This document shows, one piece after another, positions 14,811-27,572 of a stretch of DNA of 64,000 bases (within the stretch, counting starts at the first letter, position 1; each line of letters begins with the position of its first letter). The position numbers and the translations under genes are program-made. A model generated the notes under the pieces. That model searched no databases, was not told the origin of the DNA, and saw only the letters and a program-made list of their open reading frames with translations. Source of the stretch: Trichoplax adhaerens (lineage: Eukaryota > Animalia > Placozoa); NCBI RefSeq assembly GCF_000150275.1, contig NW_002060949.1, forward strand, positions 395,861-459,860, written 5' to 3'.

Positions 14811-17800
14811 TTATCTTGCACAAGGAAAAGGGTTCAAGAGGGATTTGCTCTCCTATTATGGAAAAAGAAACGTCTTAGATAGGAATGTTGTATAAATAAA
14901 TCTAAAGGTGGATTCCATTTGACTTATGCTATATATTTTATACATGAATTAACCTTGCTAGCTTTAGGCTTGCAGAAAACATTCCAAAACCTGAGAGTTT
15001 CATCGCCAGCACCGGTCACAATAGATTCTCCTTCAGGTGAAACGGACTAATAATGTATATAATCAATATGATAAGCAAACATGTTATCAATGGTGAACTA
15101 ATTATTATTAATTGCACGAAACTTATTGACATATTTTCGGTTTAAGGCGTGATATGTTGACTAATTAATAATAGATCATACCAAGTAGAGGACGCGATAT
15201 GTGTGCCCTGATAGTTCAGCTACTTTGGAGAGAGACGGGTATTTCCAAATAACGATATGATTCTTAGAGTAGCCATGTGTACTTACCTGTAAAGCGAATT
15301 TACAGGTAGTTATATATGATTGCTGACAACTAATTACATTAGTTGCTATATAGTACATCATAAATTTTACTGCTTGAAATACTCACCAACTCGTTTGTAT
15401 ACTTTGACCAAGCTAAATTGCATACTTGCGAGCCGGTATCAATGCAATTTATTGATTGGTTGGTCAAAATATTTCTAAATCTGATGCAACGATCAGCCGT
15501 TCCACCCCCCGAGGCTAAAAGACCATGCTTCAGATATTAAAAAAATTTCTGACTTAAAATTGTTATTACGAACCCAAATGTTATGGCAAATGTTAACTTT
15601 AAAAAGGTCTCGTTTTAAGGTAGTGTAGCCGAATTAATGAATCATAAAATTCGTTTTCCTAACTTGCGGACATACATAAATTTTCGCAAAATCTCATTGC
15701 AGAAGAGCATTTAAATTAGCAAAGACTTCAATATAGCTTGCAGTTAAAAATTCACGTACAGATGAACAACGAATGCTGATAGTTATATTTAGTAATGTAG
15801 ACTCCTCGACATCCTGCTTATATCTCGAACCTGATGAGGTGACCATGCGATTGCTTTTACGGCAGCTTCATGGTCAGCGTACGTTTGGATAGGAGTCTCG
15901 GCAGACAAGTTCCATATAAATAGCTAACAGAAAAAGTACTGATAATTATAATCGTATTCGTGATCGTAATATTTATTACATAAATTAAAATTTAAAACCT
16001 TATTATCATTTCCTCCAGACGCTAAATATTGTCGGTCAGACGACCACTTTAAACCACAAACCTTCGAATAAGTGAGTTATCATTATTAGATTAACATTTA
16101 GGAAGACGGAATATTGCAAGAGATGGTGTTACTGCAAGATGAAGTGTAGTACTGCACCTCCTGTTTATGAGCCCTTAATTTTCGTGTAATTGAACATGGC
16201 GTTCTAGATCAATCAAATAAAGTTGTAATGATTCTTGCTAGCGCTAATGCCATAAACACCTAGAGTAACCTCTTTAAAATTTGGATATTATTTATTGATA
16301 TAGGAAATAAGTAGTAACCTCAGATCGCGCTGGAAGATACACTTATCCCGGCTACCGGAGTATAGCAAATCATTATTCCATGCGAGTGTGCCTGGAATAT
16401 AAATTGAATCCCGAATTTTAGCCGAATCTATTTACAAATTCAACCAAAAGGCAATATAAATAGCATATATGCCATATTTTAGAGATCAACGGACCAACTC
16501 GTGCAGTATGGCCATCTAGAAGAGCAATAAGTCTGGAGACAGTTACGTCCCATATATGAATGTAGCCTCGCTGAGTTCCTACGGCAATGTGATTGCCCTG
16601 TAAAGTAAAGCCATGCGTGCTAGTTCAATTAGTTTAAATCACTATTAAAAGAAATTAGTGTATACTTTTTCAGTCCAGGAAACAGACGTAACCGAATCTC
16701 CTTCACTTTGGAAATCACATAACTTAGTAACCTAAATGAAAAACATTTCATTGTAAATAACACCCCGTTAATCGAAACAATGTTTTGGGGTTAAATTCAG
16801 TTGAATTTTACATTAACAACATTAATAAAAATTGTAGAGTCGGTTACCTGCCCGTTATTTGCACTCCATAAATACACACACGTTCCGAGACCAACACTCA
16901 ACACGTTTTGTGGCGACCAGTCAACTAAATTTAAATAGAAGTCATCCTGAAAGAGTAGAGGCGGAAAGTTATTGTTTGGTTTTTCCGGGTATCTTTAACT
17001 CAAAGTAACCTGCAAATCTGGTGCATCCAAAACTTTATACGGTGCCTTCGGTATTTTTCTAGGTGGCTATATCCGTACCAAAAAAATGCAGCTTAACGAC
17101 TCATTGTGAAATAGGATCATAGGCTAAACTATTGAGCGCTATCGACCATGTAAAGATAATTTCGGTCTAACCTTAGTTGCTGAACACAGCAGACTTTGAC
17201 TATATAGGTAGATAATGAGCAATACAACTTAAAATTTAAACTTGAAGCATAAACGTAATAGGAATTGTACAGTACCTATCGATTCCCAGAGGCGACATTG
17301 CATAACCAGCAATAAGCTTTTTTGAGTCATCAAATAATTTTCTTTTAGCAGGGGATTGATACTATCATAAACAGGTTATCAGGTATGTCGCCATTATTAA
17401 ATTAAAAGATTATCAAAATCTCATGTTGCCGTTAGATAAAGGTACTCACTTCGAAAAGGTTGCAACTGTTTTCTCTTAAAGTGCTGATCTCTCTCGGTGT
17501 TGTTTGCTTCGGTTAAGAGATGTTTTAATAACATATTAAAAAATAAGCCAAAGCAAACCTGCAAGTTCGCTAGTAAACCATGTTATGTCTTACCTCCGCT
17601 CTTGTTCCTAACACTTCATTCGCTATTACGCAATTGTACATCTGATTTTCTTTACATTGAATATACGTTTAAGGAAATCCGTGAGTAGATACATGTGATT
17701 CAAGGTTTAGTGCATTAAATACGTTTCTGTTTACTATTCAAGAAGGCTGCCCTCGCAATAGTAACATTAAGCTTTGCTTAAGCCGAGTAAAGCGCAGAGT

Positions 17801-18542
17801 TACAAGAAACCACGGATCTCTAGGGACCCGTATAAAAAACTGATATAGCATTTACATTCGCACGTTCTCTCAGGAATATTATATTATTTACGGACCGTAG
17901 TCATAAACATCATCAAAACCACAAACCTTTACTAGATTGCGCGTTGCCATCTGAGAATACTGTATTATTTCTATTTGGGGATTCCTTTGACTGTATTTAG
18001 TTAGTAATGAAAATACCAAAGACAGATTGAAATTCCGTTAAAATTAAAATTATTTAAATTGGTAAATACACCAGTAATAGCTATGAAAAGCTGTTTATTG
18101 TTGAAGTGGATGAAGAAAGGTACAAGGTACAATTATACTGATACTGCACATCGCATAGCATATTAAACAGACAGTGATTTCACCTGCAATAAATTAAATT
18201 TTCCGTTCCAGTCGGATGATGATCGATCAGGAATGAAGCTGGGTACCCATGGGAATCATGAGATGGTTAACAAGACAAGTTTGTTAGCATTTTTGTGAAA
18301 TCTTAAGACGAAATATATATATTACAATGCATAGTATACCGATTACAACACTTTTCTTTGGAAGGCAGTGGTGACATCATCGTGTGCTCTGCTCCGACCT
18401 GAAAGGTTAATTAATCAGATAGAAGTCATTAGTAAAGATGTGCGCGTCAATGAAAATGGTAACTGAAGTTTTAGTCCAGGTTAGAGAATACCAAAGTAGA
18501 AGATGGACTATTCATCAAACGCTTATTGTAGTTGGTATTCAT
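14811..18542 (-). CDS. FZR1: Fizzy-related/Cdh1 APC/C coactivator (WD40, multi-exon)
   Basis: Exons encode MNTNYNKRLM, NRFIPDR (C-box-like), RKIPKAPYKVLDAPDLQDDFYLNLVDWS, HKQEVCGLKWS, LASGGNDNK, AAVKAIAWSPHQHGLLASGGGTADRCIRF, DTGSQVCNLAWS, VSTHGYSKNHIVIWKYPSL and [33 protein letters not shown]. Stop at 14811-14813. A probable 5' UTR exon ends at a gtaagt donor near 20100. Confidence 0.93.
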
Positions 18543-20301
18543 GTCGACAGCCAGATAGCATATAATCTAGAAAAATTGAAAATCTTTTACGAATTTCATA
18601 GTGAAAATACTATATTATAATAAAGTTGCAGCAATTTCACTGATATAACTGTCATAACAGATTTGAATTTGTGCTCTACAGGAAATCGGATTACTGGTTA
18701 AAAAGCAAACTGTAGGCTTATCTCATGTAATCTTCGATAATTTTTATTACTGCTTTCCATGGGAGCGAGATTTGAAATTTGGACGAGAGTGTTCTGGCAT
18801 TTGGTGATTATTGTCGAACGTTTGCGCGGGCACGGGCGCCATAATTAGCACTAATGTCAGTCTCTGATACATACTATCGGACAGTACGTTAACTTTGTGG
18901 CTAGTTAATGGTGTTACATGCATTTTTATTTTAAAGTTAAAAGTATTGAAGAGTGAGTACGTCAGAGTTTAACAGTTCTTTTGAGTGGCATTAGAGTACT
19001 TGATGGTAGTTAAATCAATGAACAAGCAATTGTAAATACAAACGTATTATATAACCAGAAACAGGATAACGGGCTGATTCGTTGAGTAGTAATAATTTAA
19101 GATTATAATAGATATGTGGTGTTATAGTCGGATATGAAAAGATAATAGAATTCCGTACAGTATTTATACATCTTTTTAAGACATTAATCAATTTATTAAG
19201 TTCGATGAAGTTTCAGACAACAGTTTGTACATAATCTCATCCGTTAATTGAGCATTATATCGAGTTAAGCTGACAGCGAGGGAATTACGAAGTGGGTCAT
19301 GAAATTCCCTTGATCTAGCTACATGTATTGTTTTTAGGGGCTTGAAAGAAATCCTGATCTTCTCACAAAGTGATTTCGTTAAATATTTAATGCTTGGCCT
19401 TCACATTTGGAACTAGTACATTTGCAATATACTAAACACTGCACCGAATACCTACGATCGAAATTTTATAATTACGAGTGTACAACTGTAGTACCGTATA
19501 AGTCTTTGCAATTAATTGCGATTATAGTATAGCAATCTTTAGAAGGCTTATAATGCATAAATAAAGGAAAAGACATTACGAAATTTATTGTCCAATGAAC
19601 ACCATTGCAGAAAACTAAGCCAAGAATCTCAGGTTTTAAGTATTCATAGGTACAATTGAACAGGACTTATAAGGCTTTAATTAAGTTAAGAGTTCACCTG
19701 TAAAGCTGATATGGTAATTCATTACGAGTACAGTATGGATATTATTATTGTATTGGGGAATTTTATTATTCAAGATACGCATAAATGTTTAGTTTTGAAG
19801 GCTATCTACAGTTAGAATGGTATCTTACGCTAGCGACGTTTGGACCTTGAGAAATTTAAAAAGATGAACCCACACACTGATACAGAGTGTAACTCTGTAT
19901 AGTGAAATCAAATTGATCCCACTACAACATTAATTAAAACATCAAGAACACACTGTGTGCACTATACGTGCAAAGCCGGTTGATTAAGTACAGTACCGCA
20001 CTGAATTCAGCCGATTCATGTTAAAATAAAATATTTAAATGCTATAAGACCGTTACTATAAAGCGCAGGATTTTAAAATAACTTAATTACCTCTACTTAC
20101 GCGATGTAACCAGCGTAGACAGTGTACTTTCACAGTTTAGATGAATTGAGAAGCTGCCGAGAAATTCAATTAAACTACCCAAAGTCTGAAATAGTTTTTA
20201 ATTCTGTATTTGCAGTTAAATAACAGTCAATCAAAATTCCGCAGCTACCGCTCGGGTCTTAAAGCTTTTCAAATCTATTGCCGCGGATCTTTACTCCTCG
20301 C

Positions 20302-20832
20302 TACAGTACCGCATACTGTACACTACAGTACAGTATACTGTATAGTACAGTACAGTACATCGTGCCAATGTTGCCAACCTCTACTGTACAGTACCGTACT
20401 GTACTGTACGGTTCAAGATAACTTACAGTATTGTACTGTACAGTATGCAGACGGCTGATCCTGATTTTTCTAAATTAACAGTACAGTACTGTACTGTACT
20501 GTATGTACTGTATAATAGTACATTGAATCTTATTATTGGTTACTAAAGCTCTTCTTAGAAACAGCCATATAAGATCGTCAATAGTGATATAGAAAACCGA
20601 GTCAGAAGATCCATACTAAGCAGTCATTTTCGATATTGACGGTTTCGTTTGGTGAAAGAAGTCCGTCCGTCTACAGTATATTAGAGACCTTTACTAAATC
20701 TACAGTACTGTACGGTACTGTACAGTACAATATACTGTACATGTACAGTATACAGTATTGTACAATGTACAGTACAGTACAGTATGATAGTACAGTACTA
20801 CGGTACAGTGTACTGTACAGTACAGTACAGTA
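20302..20832. repeat. TACTG/CAGTA array in the divergent FZR1 / PTP-receptor promoter
   Basis: Two dense blocks (20302-20520 and 20700-20832), followed by (AAT)n, ~100 bp before the ATG at 20935. Confidence 0.85.
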
Positions 20833-20934
20833 TACCATAGCAGTAACAATAAAGTAATAATAATAATAATAATAATTAATTATAATGTAATTTTATGCAC
20901 GTACTATATCTTTATATCCTCCACTTCGGCGAAG

Positions 20935-23900
20935 ATGTCAAGGATTTTAAATATTGGCTTTGGTTTAGCCTTTATTGTAATCGTGTCCATTACAGGTTTG
21001 TTAATAATTATTATCGCTAATATGGCTGAGATGGAATCGTAGACGTCTAGCTATTCATATTTCGGTGTGGATTTCATTTGATAAATAACCAGTTTAAACC
21101 GGCAAATGTGCAGGAGTGCAGGTGTTTTTTTTTAGCTATGACTGAACCTGCAAATGCTGAAGATATCGTCTTTTCAGTTTCTTAAAACTTACTTAATTAA
21201 AAATCCAGGCTAAAAGGCTTAGTCAACGTTCGAATATGCAACACTGGTGTTGATTAACACCGTAGCTCGGAGACGCTTATTACGACATTGAGTAATATGG
21301 TAGACGTAGTCGTTGATTAGTGGGATAAGACATTTTGTTTTGATAGTTAATTGAACTTACGCATACTGTAAACGAATTTGCACATAATATTAGTATCAAT
21401 AATAACGCCATATAGTGAAATGCAAGAAAAAGTCATGGCTGTATTATTGACAATGAATATCGGTATACAGAATGAAACATTTTACGGGAAGTTGATCTAA
21501 TTTTACTACCTATAGCTAATAACTGCCTGTGCACGAGCCGTCCAGTAAATGAAGGATACAGCACTGTAGTAGCACTGTTCATGATTTCCGGACTTTAAAC
21601 ATTACAGTCTATTTATGCCTGTAGGCAAGTTATTTTGTGCGCTTATACTCTTCGGATGATCGCCTATCGTCGTAAGCTACTAATTTTGAATCTCTGAACG
21701 CTGCACTTCTGCAAGTACGATCTTACTGTGCCGACAGATTCATGTTGATCCTTGTGCTGTACTAGTAGCTAGTTGTCAAATGACTATACCGATTAATTTT
21801 GATGATAGTTTTTCAATCTGCGGGCAAGCACTGTACCGTACCGGGGACAACGAGTGAAATACGTGGAGACGCGGAGTAGTGTTTGAGTAGATTATGTAGT
21901 TATGAATGACTGGATGAGTGGTCTGTACTGTAAGTAAGGTAGTACAGTACGTGCTCTTAATATAACTGCAAATGGAGTAGCGCCATAATTTACGTATTTT
22001 TACGTATCAAGTACAGCACAATATTTATCCATCCCCTATGACTTACTGCTGATAGGTTCAAGTCATTGACTACCAAAAAAGACCTTTTTCTAGCAGTCCT
22101 GGTTAATCCTGCTGTCCCACTGGTAATTGTGGTGTAATTATTGTAAAGTAGATTCTTCTTATCCTGGACAAACTGCGAGCTATATTATACGTGTATGTTC
22201 CTTATATCAGCATTAACAGTAAATTAATTATGAAGTTTTCTGTAGTATTCATACTAAAGTATAATGTAACGCTATCCTTCGCACAGTAGGCGACGGTGCT
22301 GCTTCTAGTTGATCCCAATATATTTCATAACGTATGTTATATCGCACGGGGTTAGACCAGCGCTGGTGAATTGCTTTGCGTTGAATAATGTCGAAGAACG
22401 TTGATTTTCCCTTGATACTCTTTGAATTTATATGTTCTGTAGCTGCATCATATCTTCAATTAACCTAAATATAAATTTGCAGAACTGTATTAGTCCTTTT
22501 TTGCGCTTGGATGCAGCAGATAATATTTCCGAAGTAAATAATACGCGATCTGGAAAATCAGTTATGATCTTACTGACAACTAATATCCCTTTTGGTTTTA
22601 TTATAATTATTCATCAGGACATTGTACAAGAGGTCTCTCTTTGTATTGTTCTTATCGCCTGCCGATGGGCTTTGATGAGGATGACTTTTACTCTATTAGA
22701 TGCTGGACTAACAATGATAATACAAAGTTTACTTGGTCTAGAGTTTCATCTCGTGTATCGCCTTTTCATGTCAGCACGGATCAGTATCAGATACAGAATA
22801 AGTCCGGTGAATCAACATTAATCTTGCCGTGGAATTCTCTAAACGATTTTTATCGTTACGCTGGTGTATATGAATGCCAAGCAACAAGCACAGCCAGTAA
22901 TTCTCCCCAAAGGAAGACTTTATGGGTTGGAGTTACTCATTCTGCATGTAAGGGTATATTTAATTTCGACCTTTTAATTAATGCATTAACGATTTCAGTT
23001 GTGATATATTTAGATCTTAGAAGCCGTTAACACCTCTGTTTTTAATTATTTATTTAGCTCCTGTACAGCCATCAATTATTTCACAAGTTGGCTATGTTCG
23101 CGATACCTTAGTGTTAACCACGTTATCGAATAATGTCGTAACTTGTAATTATATATGGTACCACAACGGCTCACGTTATACCCGATGTGACAATGCTTGC
23201 AACTGTAGTTTTGATAGCTTGAGATTACAAGATGCCGGAGTTTATGAAGTGATTTATCCGGCATCTGACAAATCTAATATTACTGGTGCTTTTATGACAT
23301 TAACTGTTTTAGGTAAGTTACGCGTACAGTACATCGGAAATATATACCTTGGAATCTCTGCTCTTCTGGTATTAGTTTATTTTATTCTTTACAGAGAAAA
23401 AATGTAGCCAAAATCAAAACTGCCTCAACGGAGCCATCTGTATGACAGACAATAGTTGCGGTTGCCTTCCAGGCTTCAATGGTACTTCGTGCCAGACAGG
23501 TTAACTGTAAATCTACAAATGTCATTCATTCTGTTATCACATGATTAAATTGCAACTAGATACGCTTAAAGCTTATCATTAAAGGACAATCTCTATTATT
23601 ATTAGCTTGCAGTCTTCCGTTTCGTTGTGGGCCTGCATGCCAATTTGCTTGTCAGCCAGAAAGTGTGTACTGCAGTTCCGATATGTATGGGTGTATGTGT
23701 CCATCTGGAGTAACTGGCATTAGCTGTAAAACTGGTAGGTTGAGGTTTTTTGAAACTGCCTGTAGACAAACAGGCGGTATTAAATAAATTATGTAATACT
23801 CATTTCCTGTCGTAAGAATGAAGGTTATATTTTAATATTAGATTCGTGTCCTGCTGACAACTATGGACCAAATTGTCAACTGAAATGTAATGGGTGTAAT

Positions 23901-26900
23901 AATCATGGAAGCTGTCAGTCAAAGACGGGTTGTTTGTGCCAGTCTGGATACTCTGGAATCTACTGTGAAGAAGGTTATTATTATTTTCTGTGTTAATAAA
24001 AAAATTACTGCTGCGATGACTGTTTCTTCGATTTCTAAATCCTAATTAATTTAAACAGTTGCAGGCGGTTCCGTAGTTGTTATAATTGGTGTCGTTGTCG
24101 CAATTATTGCTGCTGTTAGTTTAGGAGTGATTGCTTACATTTGGTACAGGTATCAAACGTAGTAGATTACAATACTGAAATTGTTTATCAACTGTTTCCA
24201 GAAACCAAATTAATGCTAATTTATTTTGCAGCCGTCGCCGCGCTAGAGCTTTAGCTAATATCAAATCACCAGATCCTGTCGTCATTGTTGATGCATCTGG
24301 TGATAATCCATCGTCCTTAGATACTAATTTAATCCGGTCACGATTAGGACAGTATAAATACGTAGTATCCAAAGGTAACTGTTACACGGAGAAAAGTTGC
24401 ATAATTTGGTCGATACGGCTTACAGTAATACCTCTATGTCGCTTGTACATTTTAGCGCAAAAGGCATCATTGGTTCAAAATATTAAGATCCCGACTAAAC
24501 CTATAATTGTTAAGGATCTGCTTGATCGTATTAACGCTTTGAAGGAAGATTCGGCTCTTGCTTTAAAGGAATTTGAGGTGAGTAAATTTGGAACGGTTGC
24601 TTTGATATAAAGTGGCATGACTGCATTCATTCTCCTTGCTCCTATAGTCCATCCCTCCTTGTAAAGAGACCCATGCTATTGCAGACATGAAAGGGAACGC
24701 GAAAAAGAATCGTTCTCAAAGTGTTATTAGTTGTACGTTTATTAATTATATAATATACAGTAAACGTCCAATTTTTTATTTACGATATCGGTGATCCTAT
24801 TCATCAGATTAAATGATTTATTTCCTAGATGATCATTCAATCGTCACAGTCGGCGATGGAGGAGTCAATTCGTATATTAATGCTTCTCATGTTCATGTTA
24901 GTAAAGATTCCTTATAATGATTCATAGTAGGGAACAGAAAGCTTTTTCTAATGCTTTACTGATTTAACAGGGATACATGAAACCTAATGGTTACATAGTA
25001 ACTCAAGGTAATTGCAATTTATCCTGGCGGCTAAAATTAAATTGCATATATGGCTTGAAGATAATTTCGAGTTATTAATCAGTTAATCGTAAAGATGGGT
25101 AGATTGTTAGATAATGTTTCCCAGGATTAGCTAAATTTAGAACTGACTATGAAATTAGGTCCTCTAAAGTCAACATGCAATGATTTCTGGACCATGGTTT
25201 GGGAAAAGGAAACCTGTGCAATAGTGATGCTCACAGAGTTATCTGAGAAGGACGAGGTTAATTATTCAAAAGGATTTGATTCTTAGGTTTATAAATTTAG
25301 GCCAAATTTGCCTTACGTGTACCTGTTAAATTTTTTCAGCAATTATGTTACAAGTACTGGCCAGAAGAAAAGGATACTTATGGTAATGTATGTGTCACTC
25401 TAGAGAACGTAAGCAAGAGGAGCTGTTATACAGTCAGAACTTTTCATTTGCAAAAGGTAGTGTATAACCTTTAATACTGTTACGTGACATAAACTTTCTC
25501 TAAATTAGTATTTGCTCCAAAACTATGCAGGTTGGAGAAGTAGAAAAGCAAGAAGTGAAACAGTTTCACTTCACTGCTTGGCCCCACGGTGGTATACCTG
25601 AATCCAGTACAGGGCTTTTTAGATTTAGGTCACTGGTACATGCTTTTAACCCCTCCGATGCTGGTCCTATCGTTATTCATAGCAGGTATGGCATATTACC
25701 TATACGCCTTTTGATCTTATCTTAAGAATGGTGATTTTCATTTATAGTGAAGGAAGTAGTCGTTGTGCTATGTTTGTTGCACTCGATATCAATCTTGACC
25801 GCGCCCGCAAGCAAGGTGATATTGATGTTTTAGAAAACGTTGGTTTGATGTCGCATCATCGAAAAAACATTTTAGTCCGTGTTGTAAGTGACGTTGTTCT
25901 TCATAGATAGCTTTGTCTGAACACCACCATGATCATTTGTATTTAAGGCCAGTAAGAATTTTTGTTTCTGTATTGATTTTTCATTTCAGAATGAATACTT
26001 ATTTGTATACGAAGCAATACTTGATGCTCTAATACGAGGCAATACGCAAATGTCGCTTAAGAATTTGCAAACCTTCGTAAGCCGGGCAGATACATCCGAA
26101 TCGGGCTCCAAAAACAATCCTTATACCATCATGTTTCAGGTAACATACCAAATGAATTAGATTAGTATCGAGATTGCTATTAGTATATGCGAAATCAGCC
26201 GATGAATATTTAAGCTACGTTTCGTTTTGGTAAAGTGCTTACGATGTCAGGAGGGAGAACATGATGATTTCGCTGGAGCTTCGTTATCTGCAAATGAAAA
26301 CAAAAATCGTTTTCCTGATATCTTAGCTAGTAAAGTCCTTAAGTCTAATATTCTAAAATAGGCAGTTTTCATTTATATTTATCGTTGTATGAAAGTGTAT
26401 CAGCGTTAATAATTATATATTTTATGACTCAGGGGATAAATATAGGGTTAAACTTTCAAGCAGTGACAGCTCAGACTATATAAATGCTGTATTTATTGAC
26501 GTAAGTTTTGTGATGATGCTGTACTATGCAACATTTATTATGCTGCTAGTTGATGTGATGTAATATTAGCAAAACACTTATTACAGAGTTACTTAAGAGC
26601 AAGAGAATTTATTGTCACCCAATATCCACTACCGAATACTATAAATGATTTTTGGAAATTAATCATGGAACAGAACGTTGCGTGTGTTGTTACCTTGGGA
26701 TCATTTAGTAATCATCCGGTAAACTTATTTGATTTATGTTTTATTGAAAATACATGTAGATAGCTAATCATTTTTATAACATTGGTGCTTCTATAGCCTT
26801 ATTGGTGGCCTTCTAATAAGAAGCACGACGTATACGATAACATTAAGGTTGAGATTTTGGAAGTAGCGACGGTAGATGACCTAACTATAAGACAATTAAA

Positions 26901-27572
26901 GGCAACAGAGAAGGTTTAGTAATTCCATTTACCAGTGATTCGATTTATTCATGCGTTTATTCATTACGATGTTATCTGATTATCTTTTCTTAGAATCATT
27001 CTAAAACTAATATAATGAGCCAATTTCAACTCAGTGGTTGGGAAGATGAGGATAAAGCGCCAGCCCAAGCTTCTACGATTATTAATTTAGTAAATCGTGT
27101 GCAAGAATGTATAAAAACAGTTCGCGAACCAGGACCTATTGTTGTTCAATGCCTGTACGTTAATATTACAAGCACAATACATTTTTACATTAATTTGATG
27201 TTGAGCTATAGGTAATGCTGTCTTAGTTTCATTTTATTGTTTATAATTATAATTCGCGTATGTCATTAACAGTAATGGCAGAGGACAAAGTGGAACTTTC
27301 TGCACGATTTACTCTGCGTTGAATACGGCGATTGAAGAAAAGGCTGTTGATATTTATTCTGATGTCCTTTCAATGAGAGTAGCTAGACGAGGATTAGTTC
27401 AGTCAGAAGTAAGAACTTATGCTGCGTCTTTTGAAGAGCTGATTTATCAGCCGAACTATTTTCAGTTGCTGATAAATTTCCATTTTGAAATGAATTAAAT
27501 TTATTTTAGGAGCAGTTACGATTCTGTTTTGAAGTTGTCGTGAAATACACTCAAGATACTGGATTGCTGTAG
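20935..27572 (+). CDS. Receptor-type PTP-like protein: signal peptide, 2 Ig, 3 EGF (Tie-like), TM, tandem degenerate PTP domains (~23 exons)
   Basis: Signal exon 20935-20995. Ig1 22618-22947 (YAGVYECQA). Ig2 ~23058-23312 (IWYHNGS...LQDAGVYEV). EGF exons at ~23394, ~23607 and ~23842. [27 protein letters not shown] followed by RRRR. D1 motifs [60 protein letters not shown]2 motifs [41 protein letters not shown]. Ends [16 protein letters not shown]. Confidence 0.9.

Noticed and set aside
20210-20857. ORFs rich in YSTV/LYCTVQ (also at 41091-41418, 56407-56863 and 63155-63649)
   Set aside because: These are translations of the TACTG/CAGTA arrays, which are poor in stop codons; not proteins.
22432-22821. 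129-aa hydrophobic ORF overlapping the Ig1 exon
   Set aside because: An off-frame overlap that begins in an intron; the 22641 frame carries the Ig motif and splices in phase.
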